From the NCBI GenBank assembly GCA_963740905.1, contig CAVUFY010000011.1, forward strand, positions 124,926-188,925: a DNA stretch of 64,000 nt. Reading direction: 5' to 3'. Shown here in pieces: positions 49,293-57,072 of the stretch. How positions within the stretch are numbered: position 1 is the stretch's first letter; every line of letters starts with the position of its first letter. This stretch comes from an uncultured delta proteobacterium (GTDB taxonomy: Bacteria; Desulfobacterota; DSM-4660; Desulfatiglandales; HGW-15). The notes under the pieces were generated by a model. The model was not told where the DNA came from. It did no database searches and saw nothing but the letters and a program-made list of their open reading frames with translations. The position numbers and the translations under genes were made by a program.

Positions 49293-49679
49293 TTACCATA
49301 ATTACATAGAGCTAAAATGATGCCGGGAATTGAGGTTCTGTCAGGCGGTGGTTTGATAACCCGCTAGCAGGTCCTTATGGGTAGGCAAATGACCACACAG
49401 AATCACATCAACATTTTCTGAATAAAAAGGCAAAGAGGTTGTTTTGTCAAGCCAGATCCAGGTAAAGCTTCTATGAGACTTTGTCTAAACTCGTGGGATT
49501 AAGATTCCAGGATGTTTCCTGACAAGTCTTGATGGATGGTGGGAAACGTTGAAGGGTTTTCCATGCATGGAGGAAAGTCAAGATTAGGATGAAGTGGCCC
49601 AAGGATTCATAATACAAAGATTTCTGCTTCGCAGGATATTTCCTTCACTCTCCTTTCACGAGCCCCAAAACGCCTTTTC

Positions 49680-50102
49680 CTAAGCCTTTGAACCTGTTCC
49701 GGTGCCGTATAGTTTTAGCTGTGTACTCACTCCAAGCCGGGTAGCAGACGCCGGGAAATTCTCCAACGATTTTAGAATCCTCATCAACTGCTCGTTTCGA
49801 AACGGCTTCAGCATCGCAAAGTCAAACATTTCCTCTTGCACTTCATCTTCGTAGGCGGTAATCGCGGCAATCGGCGTCTCTGCCTTCTCCGAGTTTCTTA
49901 TGTGCTTGGCAACTTCATTGCCGTCCTTTCTTGGCATACGTATATCTGTGATGACCAAATCGAAACTGCCGGCACTGGTGAAGAGCTCGATGCCTTTTTC
50001 TCCGTCCTCAGCAACTTCCACATGGTGCCCAAGATTGCGCAATAGCATGGCAATAACGGTTCGAACGTTCCTGTCGTCTTCGATCAGTAGGATTCGCTGC
50101 AT
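49680..50102 (-). CDS. Stand-alone response-regulator receiver (CheY-like) protein
   Basis: ILLIEDD, and DLVITDIRMP carries the phospho-acceptor Asp. The conserved T/K region is at ...PIAAITAY. There is no output domain and no kinase nearby. Confidence 0.85.
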   Translation of the reverse strand: MQRILLIEDDRNVRTVIAMLLRNLGHHVEVAEDGEKGIELFTSAGSFDLVITDIRMPRKDGNEVAKHIRNSEKAETPIAAITAYEDEVQEEMFDFAMLKPFRNEQLMRILKSLENFPASATRLGVSTQLKLYGTGTGSKA

Positions 50103-50429
50103 GGAAGTTTCCGCCTCGTCTAAAGGAATCGGACGTCAGATGTTTGAGATCACAAAACCAGATCCAACGACTATGCTTAATATAAATTAACAGCTTTTAT
50201 ATCTCTTATATTCATTTATGTCAATAATTAATTTAAATTGTATGTATATTTAGTGATGAGTCTTAAACGATAGACTCTAGCCGCCACGTCTGCTACTAAA
50301 ACGGGCCATCGTCTTTGGAGGGTGCCAAGTGCAGGTCATCACGAAGAGTTGCCGGCAATGTTGCTTTCCTGCTTCTGCAGCAATCGCAGTCAAGACCTCT
50401 GGGTGCCTACGCCTTCTGGGTTGCCCTTC

Positions 50430-50633
50430 TCATTGTTGACCGACAGCTACAACAATAAGAGATTCCCGATCTGATTCATTTCTTCTGTCAACGAGCCCCC
50501 TTCTTTCCGGAATATGTGCATCATAGCAAAAGCGTCTACGTTCAATGCCTGAGCGCCTCTCTCCCCCGACGCTACGAATAGAAACGCAATTGCCAAATCT
50601 GACTCTTTCATCACGATGGCTTCCGGTAAGCAT
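50430..50633 (-). CDS. Small Arg-rich protein with an internal ERRxG-x-(E/D)RR repeat
   Basis: GAGGAG lies 9 nt before the ATG. The sequence ...GGERRSGIERRRFCYDAHIPERRGLVDRRN... shows two ERR..G..RR units. A competing 83-aa ORF in another frame (50447..50698) cannot be excluded. Confidence 0.3.
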   Translation of the reverse strand: MLTGSHRDERVRFGNCVSIRSVGGERRSGIERRRFCYDAHIPERRGLVDRRNESDRESLIVVAVGQQ

Positions 50634-50811
50634 CTCTTGTCACTCCTCTCATTCGCCCAAATGCGATTGATATAACCACTCCTTATAAGCGAATGCAAAG
50701 CGGATGCCAGAGTCTTTTAACCGGCTCAACGATTTGGTTTCACTCACTTTTGTCCCAATTAACCCAAGCGCTGAATGTAGATTCTGAAGGATTTTTCCTC
50801 CAGACCGTTTT

Positions 50812-51309
50812 TCATTCTGTTTGGTAGCACTCCAGGATTTCTCCAAAGTATAGGGTGTGATAGTCCTTTGCAGGATAGAGGCGCTCGCACTCTCTGTCCA
50901 GGCATTTGGGGTCCATGGGGGTCTTGAGAAGGATCTTGCATTCAAACTGGATAGCTGGTGTCCTGATAATGGGCGAAAGGACTTTCTTAGCGCTCGCGAG
51001 CTCCAGATTGCACGCCTTGTACTTGTCCACGTCTTTTCCGGATTTTGTGCCGCAGAACATCAGCGCATCGCGCATGTTCTTCGTGGGCACCGTGACCGTG
51101 AAGTCGGACGCTTTTTCCATGAAGCGATAGGTGTGCCGCGAATTCCGCACAAGCACCATCAAAACCGGTTTCTGCCACGCATAACCGATGAGGGACCAGC
51201 CAATGGTCATGGTGTTTGTGCCTTCTCCTGTCTTGACCGTCAAAAAGGCCCCTTCCCTGACTTGAGCGATAACCTTTTCAGCCACAGCCATGTAATCCAA
51301 CTCTTTCAT
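50812..51309 (-). CDS. Flavin reductase-like (FMN-binding split-barrel) protein
   Basis: GAFLTVKTGEGTNTMTIGW and VLVRNSRHTYRFMEKASDFTV fit the flavin reductase-like domain pattern. Confidence 0.75.
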   Translation of the reverse strand: MKELDYMAVAEKVIAQVREGAFLTVKTGEGTNTMTIGWSLIGYAWQKPVLMVLVRNSRHTYRFMEKASDFTVTVPTKNMRDALMFCGTKSGKDVDKYKACNLELASAKKVLSPIIRTPAIQFECKILLKTPMDPKCLDRECERLYPAKDYHTLYFGEILECYQTE

Positions 51310-51355
51310 ATCAACCTCCGATCCTAAGATGTGATGGGCCGCCTGCCCTTATTCA

Positions 51356-51535
51356 TCAGTTTCCGTCCGGCTCGTTATCTGCGGGCTGTTCAATAATGAC
51401 CGCACGATACTTTGTCGATTGTTCGCGCAAGTACTTGATCTCAAGATACTCTTTGGAGGCAAAGCACTTGTGTATACCCATTTCGTTTTCGAATCGGATC
51501 AAGACAAGCTTATCAGGAAGGCCGTTTAGGTCATT
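51356..51535 (-). pseudogene. C-terminal remnant of a DUF1330-family protein
   Basis: DKLVLIRFENEMGIHKCFASKEYLEIKYLREQSTKYRAVIIEQ matches the DUF1330 C-terminal pattern from memory (vVIEFPS.e.a..wy.SpEY....lR......vIIEG). The N-terminal half is missing or overlapped by the peroxiredoxin 3' end. Confidence 0.4.
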
Positions 51536-52148
51536 TGTTAAGAGCTTCAAGTGCCTTACGGAGTTCCATGAGCGGGGGTCTCTCGTTGATGTCATAGATG
51601 TCCATGAACCGGATGACGCCCTGTTTATCGATGACAAAAATGACACGCTCACTAAAGCCTTCCGACCTTAACACCCCGTACTTCTGTGCGACCTGGCCGT
51701 GAGGATAAAAGTCGGACAAGACCGGAAACCACAGTTTATCCTTGTTATTGGCAATCGCCTTGGTCCAGGCATAAAGGGTGGGGATATTATCAACCGTAAT
51801 GCCCAGCAGGACGGCATCATGGTCATCGAAAATGTCCTTGGCCAGATCATAGACGGGCCACTGGTAGGTGCAAACCGGAGTCCATGCGGCCGGCACAAAG
51901 GAAATCACGACGTTCTTCTTTCCCAGGTATTGACTCAGAGTCACCTTGCCACCGCCCAAGGCTGGGAGCGTAAAGTCAGGGGCTTTATCACCCACTTTCA
52001 GAGTCGTTTCACTGTTCCTCGGTTTAAGCTTCCCCAGCGGGAAAATATTGTTGGGAGTCTCGCCTTCACCACGGGCGTCGCCGTGCCAGAAAAGGATGAC
52101 CAAAGCCGCACAACATACCATAGCTGACATTAGATTTTTTCTTTGCAT
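51531..52148 (-). CDS. Secreted peroxiredoxin (AhpC/TSA family) with signal peptide
   Basis: The signal-like N-terminus is MSAMVCCAALVILFW. APDFTLP and VVISFVPAAWTPVCTYQ carry the peroxidatic Cys. Confidence 0.9.
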   Translation of the reverse strand: MQRKNLMSAMVCCAALVILFWHGDARGEGETPNNIFPLGKLKPRNSETTLKVGDKAPDFTLPALGGGKVTLSQYLGKKNVVISFVPAAWTPVCTYQWPVYDLAKDIFDDHDAVLLGITVDNIPTLYAWTKAIANNKDKLWFPVLSDFYPHGQVAQKYGVLRSEGFSERVIFVIDKQGVIRFMDIYDINERPPLMELRKALEALNK

Positions 52149-52364
52149 TTCCGACCTCTTGCGCGTTTCTCCATTCTTGCGACGGTGAAAGAGTGTAGGT
52201 CACCGCGATCGCCTGTAGGGAGTTCTTTTCTGATGGAGAAAAAGTATCAAATTTCCCGGAGAAGACAAGCTAAAACTGCGCCCTCTTCTGGCTGCAAGCT
52301 GTCGGCTGGAGCGCCTTATGTGGCTGCTCGCTGCGGACTTTTCTTCCCCAAGCGACAGGCTCCT

Positions 52365-53498
52365 TCATTTCCTGAGCATCAGTTTCGCCGCAACCTTCAT
52401 CTTACCGAGCCTTCCTTTCTTGTTAGCCATAATGACCTCATAAAGGCCCTCCGTGTCTTGAGGCGGCACGATTTCCTTTCCTTTCTTGAGAAGACTCATG
52501 GCCCCGGTCGGACAGGTGACCACGCAATTTCCGCAGCCGAGACAGCGGTTGAGGTTGACGAATGAGGAGCCCGATCGTTCATCAACTGCGACGGCGCCCA
52601 CCTGACATCTTTCAGCGCAGATTCCACAACCGGAGCAAGTCTCCGCGTTCACTGATGCGTAGTAGTTGGTTGCCCAGAAATCAACCGGTTTGGGCAGCAT
52701 TTTGTGAACGCGCAGCATCCCGCAGCAGCACCCGCAGCAGGCGCATACGAAATCAACTTTTCGGGTGTTGGAAGGCTGAAAGACCAATCCATCAGCTTCG
52801 TTCGTCCGGGCTATTTCAAGAGCCTCTTCTCTGCCTATGGCCCTGCCTCTCGCGTTTTGGATAACATTCCTCGCAGTGTCTCCCATGGCCATGCACGTTT
52901 CCTGACGAGAGGTTTTCTTGCAGGGATTCCCCTTCATGCCGGCCATTTTTCTGCAGATGCATTCGAGGATGGCAAAGGGACCCTCGGTGCCGCGAATGAT
53001 GTCGGATATGTGGTCATAGGTGGTTACATGATGCTCGACTGAGACGCTCTTTCCAACCGGTATGGTCCGCATCTGCGGCAATTCCGTACTCAGGAACGAG
53101 AGTCCGAAGGCCTTGTCGGTGACGTACTGCTCGACATCGCTGAGGAACTCAGGAGTGAGCCTCTTCAACTGGCCCTCAAACATGCCGACGACGAACGGTA
53201 TGCTGAAGAAGTGCCGCATACCTTCCTTTTCAACGAGCCCGATAACCTCATTCTTTGCCATGTTATTGAGCATGCGCTCGACGCTGTCGAAGGATATCCC
53301 GCTGCCTTTGGCCAATTCATAGATGTGCTCGATTGACGCGGGTTTGTAGGTCAAATGCATGGCCAGTTGGGCTTCCTCAGGGCTGAAGAAGCGCTTGAGG
53401 ATGCGTATCTCGGCTCCGGATTTTGTGGCAGGATAACCTACGGCTTGTTCGTCGAGGTGTTGCTGAAGATTCCGATAAATCTGTTCTTCCTTGTCCAT
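52365..53498 (-). CDS. wHTH-like N-domain + Cys-rich + 2x[4Fe-4S] ferredoxin-domain protein (paralogue of 59896..60987)
   Basis: It carries CICRKMAGMKGNPC, FVCACCGCCCG, CSGCGICAERCQVGAV and CLGCGNCVVTCPTGAM. AAGGAGAG precedes the ATG. Confidence 0.75.
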   Translation of the reverse strand: MDKEEQIYRNLQQHLDEQAVGYPATKSGAEIRILKRFFSPEEAQLAMHLTYKPASIEHIYELAKGSGISFDSVERMLNNMAKNEVIGLVEKEGMRHFFSIPFVVGMFEGQLKRLTPEFLSDVEQYVTDKAFGLSFLSTELPQMRTIPVGKSVSVEHHVTTYDHISDIIRGTEGPFAILECICRKMAGMKGNPCKKTSRQETCMAMGDTARNVIQNARGRAIGREEALEIARTNEADGLVFQPSNTRKVDFVCACCGCCCGMLRVHKMLPKPVDFWATNYYASVNAETCSGCGICAERCQVGAVAVDERSGSSFVNLNRCLGCGNCVVTCPTGAMSLLKKGKEIVPPQDTEGLYEVIMANKKGRLGKMKVAAKLMLRK

Positions 53499-53653
53499 CT
53501 TATCACTCTCCTTTCTTTGATAGATTGAGAGTACCTCATGGTTATTTTAGGAGACACCGCAGTTACCCGATTCCACTTTTTCCAGCACTTCCCCTCGTGT
53601 CTTTTGCCGTGCCCACAACGGGCCGCGACATATCTCGCAGCCCGGACCCAACC

Positions 53654-54040
53654 CTATCTTACATCAGCCCCTCTTTGAATAAGGAGTTCTCTCAAAATGG
53701 AACGATGGCAACGGTTCTCATCCTCACAGTAACAACCTATGGACATATTCGTTTGATGCGAAAGAGCGGCCAACAAGTCCAAGTCCTTGCTGGCTCCGGG
53801 CGCTTTCAACTCCGCCAGAAACTTTCTCTTGAACGCCTTCCATGATTTATCGTCATTCGCGGCCTGAGCCTCCTTCAACAGCGACTCACTGGGTGAGAGA
53901 TTAGGAAACCAAACATCATAGATGTTCTTCGAAGAATAGTCCTCCTTCCGCACTCCTCTGGGGGGACGCCTTACCGTACCTATCCGCAGCCCTTCCCCTT
54001 GTTCTCTGGGGCTACCCAGTCTCACTATTTTAATCGTCAT
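53654..54040 (-). CDS. DUF488-family protein
   Basis: IGTVRRPPRGVRKEDY, W.PNLSPS, LAALSHQTNMSIGCYCEDENRCHRSIL fit the DUF488 pattern. Confidence 0.8.
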   Translation of the reverse strand: MTIKIVRLGSPREQGEGLRIGTVRRPPRGVRKEDYSSKNIYDVWFPNLSPSESLLKEAQAANDDKSWKAFKRKFLAELKAPGASKDLDLLAALSHQTNMSIGCYCEDENRCHRSILRELLIQRGADVR

Positions 54041-54207
54041 TTCTCCTCCTAAATCCTGACATTTCCCGTCTTAGTCTGGTATCCAACGGGCTGAGAGGAT
54101 CCGCCGCCGTCTGGGGCAAGACAAACTGTGCTGCCGCACGACGTGCTGCTAACCGTGATGCCGGCGCTGTTCTCGCCGATACGGTTCAGCGGGTTGTTGG
54201 CGCTGTT

Positions 54208-54531
54208 CTAATGGATGTCCAGTTGTATCTTGATCGCTTCCTCTATCTTGCACATATCTTCTTGATTTACAGCGCCTGCCCGTTTGAAAAGCCTTTTCTT
54301 GCTCACGGTAGCTAGTTGGTCTGCCATAGCCTTGCTTTCCTTACCTTCGAAAACCACTGCCGCTTCACTGGGGTAGAGCCGGTCCAGGTTACTGGTAAGG
54401 GGAACAACCTGAACCCGGTTAAGGAATCTGTTTGAAGCATCATTGCTCACAACGACGGCCGGTCGCTTTTTCTTGATTTCTCCGCCTATCGATGGGTCGA
54501 AGTTTACCCACCACACCTCACCGCGTTTCAT
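54208..54531 (-). CDS. mazF: MazF/PemK-family type II toxin (mRNA interferase)
   Basis: [34 protein letters not shown]...VQVVPLTS is the canonical PemK fold signature. Confidence 0.9.
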   Translation of the reverse strand: MKRGEVWWVNFDPSIGGEIKKKRPAVVVSNDASNRFLNRVQVVPLTSNLDRLYPSEAAVVFEGKESKAMADQLATVSKKRLFKRAGAVNQEDMCKIEEAIKIQLDIH

Positions 54532-54748
54532 GGGCTATATCCTTGAAAGTGGCCTCGGCCCATTCCAGGGCTTCCTTCTCTCTTTTCTTGTCTTTTGCCA
54601 TATCGGCATAAGCCGATTCCAGATTAGGACGGACTACGTGCGGCCGAACCAATTCCTGGATAAATCTGCTTATTTTACGTGGGCCAATTGTTTTGTTCAG
54701 GCCCTCATAGACTTCTTCATCTACGGTAATCGTGAGCTTCTTCTGCAT
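54518..54748 (-). CDS. Cognate type II antitoxin (76 aa)
   Basis: It overlaps the mazF start by 14 nt. The N-terminal beta-strand/helix [15 protein letters not shown] is typical of RHH/AbrB-like antitoxins. Confidence 0.7.
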   Translation of the reverse strand: MQKKLTITVDEEVYEGLNKTIGPRKISRFIQELVRPHVVRPNLESAYADMAKDKKREKEALEWAEATFKDIAHETR

Positions 54749-54899
54749 TATACACCTCTTTGTGTTATACGTGTACTGTACGTGTAGCAGTGAAACATGT
54801 CAATGGTAAATCACAGTACTGATTGAGGTGGGAGAGAAGTTCATAGATATGAAAAGGAGAAACTCGGGTTAAGATTGTCCCTCAAGTGAGCCGGTTGGC

Positions 54900-55814
54900 C
54901 TAATCGAGTTTCTTTCTGGCCGGCCGAACTTCATACAGGGCTTGATCCTCCTGTATAAGGTTCGCCGGTTCTGTTGCAACCTTTTCAAATTGGAGCTTCG
55001 CTGTCGAAAAAAGGGTGCTGGTTTCGGCCTTGAGAAACCGAGCCGCCATTCGGCAATATTCGGGGTCGATCTCAACGCCTATGCTGTTCCGCCCTGCTCT
55101 CAGAGCTGCAATCATCGTGGTTCCGGAACCACAAAAGGGGTCTAACACGGTGTCAGCCGTGAAGGAGAACATGCGAACAAGCCGAGTGGCAAGTTCGAGT
55201 GGAAAGGGAGCGGGGTGCTGCCTAGTGGAGGCACCAGTAATATTCCATATCTGCTGAAACCAACGGTCAAAGTCTTCTTTGTCTATTCTGCTCGATTCTC
55301 GTTGTGCATTCGTTGGCTTCCTGTAACCGCCCGGCTTGCGCTGCATCAAGATGAACTCCATGTCGTTCTTGACGATGGCATTGGGCTCGTAAGGCTTTCC
55401 GAGGAACTTTGAGCCGTTTTCCACCTCATAGGAAGCGTTGGCGATCTTGTGCCAGATGATTGGGTTCAGATTGTCGAAGCCGAGGCGACGACATATGACA
55501 CATATGTCTGCGTGCAGGGGAAAAACCAGGTGACGTCCAAAATCCCGCCTAGCGACGCATACATCTCCAACAACGCACACAAGTCGGCCACCTGGAACAA
55601 GGACTCGGTAGATATGTCTCCAGACTTTCTCCACCTCAAAAAGAAATGTTTCGTAGTCCTGAATATGGCCGAGTTGGGCAGGGTTTTCGTTGTACTGTTT
55701 AAGATTCCAGTAAGGTGGTGAGGTCACGATGAGATGAATCGAAGCGTCGTCGAGAAATGAGAGGTCCCTCGAATCACCGTTTATCAATCTGTGAACTGTT
55801 GTCTTTTCCATCAT
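54900..55814 (-). CDS. Beta-class DNA methyltransferase (N4-cytosine or N6-adenine; the SPPY motif favours N4C)
   Basis: Motif IV TSPPYW is near the N-terminus and motif I DPFCGSGTT is near the C-terminus, the beta-class order. The gene is intact at 304 aa. Confidence 0.85.
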   Translation of the reverse strand: MMEKTTVHRLINGDSRDLSFLDDASIHLIVTSPPYWNLKQYNENPAQLGHIQDYETFLFEVEKVWRHIYRVLVPGGRLVCVVGDVCVARRDFGRHLVFPLHADICVICRRLGFDNLNPIIWHKIANASYEVENGSKFLGKPYEPNAIVKNDMEFILMQRKPGGYRKPTNAQRESSRIDKEDFDRWFQQIWNITGASTRQHPAPFPLELATRLVRMFSFTADTVLDPFCGSGTTMIAALRAGRNSIGVEIDPEYCRMAARFLKAETSTLFSTAKLQFEKVATEPANLIQEDQALYEVRPARKKLD

Positions 55815-55816
55815 AG

Positions 55817-56555
55817 TTACACAAAGGCCGTCAAGTGGGCTACAAGGACTCTGGCAAAGCGCTCAAGAGAGAGATCGTCCGCTGGTGTCAAAAATTGACC
55901 CAAAATTCCCCCCTCAGATGTCGAGGAAATGAAAGCTGCTGCCGAATAATGCCGCTCAAGCACGAGCTTTCGGCAGAAGAGCTCGTACCTGCGAAGATAC
56001 GAAGCTCCCACAAATTCCGGGAACACCTTGAAATGCGGCTCCTGTACTTTGACCGGTCGATTGGATGCCTCACAGTCCTCCAGCATGAAGAAGTAGCCCA
56101 AGAATGGCTGAGGACTTTTACGATAAGCGCCTTCCCTGTAAGCAGTCCACAGATCAAGAGCGCTCCCCATCGCTTCTTCCGTCCGATTGTTGAAGTTGTT
56201 GCCAAAAGACGGACCCACCTGCGACTTTGCTTCGATGGCTACCAAAAGAGTCTCCTCACGGACCACAAGCAGATCCCATTCTTTTGTGGGACGAGAAGAA
56301 TCCAGGAAGTTCTACCGCCTTTTTCCTGAAAACGTACCGCTCGGAGATACCGGAATCTGCAATGAGTTCCGTGAAAAGATCTATAAAGCCATCCATCTGC
56401 GCTCCGCCCGTCACCGCACTGCGGAGCCCCTGGTCAGCTTTTCCCGTCTGTTTCTGTTTGTCCCTCTGTCCCTGCCGAGTCTTCCAGTAATGGGCCACAG
56501 CCCGAGCAGATCGTTCAGTCAAACCTCGAATGATATGCTCATGGTTCACAGGCAT
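55817..56555 (-). pseudogene. Type II restriction endonuclease (possibly XhoI/PaeR7I-like), interrupted by a 1-nt frameshift near 56287-56300
   Basis: The N-terminal ORF 56256..56555 ends ...VELPGFFSSHKRMGSACGP*. A +1 shift gives PTKEWDLLVVREETLLVAIEAKSQVGPSFGNNFNNRTEEAMGSA, which continues into ORF 55817..56266. Deleting one base in TTCTTCTCGTCCC gives FFRPTKEWD. The family call rests on my recollection of the KSQ.G.SFGNNFNNR block. Confidence 0.6.
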
Positions 56556-56992
56556 TGTGTATCAGATTCCTCTTCCATCTTAACCGGACAATCGGGATAG
56601 GGAAAAAGTCTCTGTTAGCCGGATTGCCCAGATCATAATCTTCTGATATTCAAATATTATCATTCCATGACACGCGTTTTAAAGCCCTAAACATTTATCT
56701 TCATACCCCAAAATGCACTTCTGAGGCATCGCTGTCCATTCAGCGCAGTGGCCGACCTCTTTTACAAGACTCATTTGCCGGGCAAAAAGAGGCGTTCCAA
56801 GCCCCAAAACAGGCGGATCTTCACATCATTACTTCAGTATTCAAGAAGTTGTCTTGGACCTCAACTCACAAAAACCTTCCAGCAGTTCCCATTCCCCCAA
56901 GACACCGTTCTAAGGGTCAAAAACGCCCTATCCCAAGGCACTTTTTATTTAATTTCAACGACTTCCCGTGGACCGAGGCCAACGAGTCTCCC

Positions 56993-57040
56993 CCCCGGCT
57001 TCGGCTCGCTCCGGCGCAGGCGAGCCCGGTGAAGCCGGGG
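56993..57040 (-). terminator. GC-rich nested hairpin 33 nt downstream of the 619-aa gene
   Basis: The outer stem is CCCCGGCTTC with GAAGCCGGGG and the inner stem is GGCTCGC with GCGAGCC. There is no clear U-tract. Confidence 0.35.
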
Positions 57041-57072
57041 TATGCGGTTGAAGAAGGCGAAGGATCTCGAAG

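Noticed and set aside
50180-50290. An extremely AT-rich stretch (TTAATATAAATTAACAGC...AATTAATTTAAATTGTATGTATATTT), considered as an origin or integration site.
   Set aside because: It has no DnaA boxes, direct repeats or adjacent integrase. It is most simply the promoter/UP region of the response-regulator gene.
54041-54207. A GC-rich stop-to-stop frame on the minus strand: NSANNPLNRIGENSAGITVSSTSCGSTVCLAPDGGGSSQPVGYQTKTGNVRI*.
   Set aside because: It has no start codon, only 52 codons and no identifiable family. It may be a scrap of a repetitive surface protein, but this cannot be supported.
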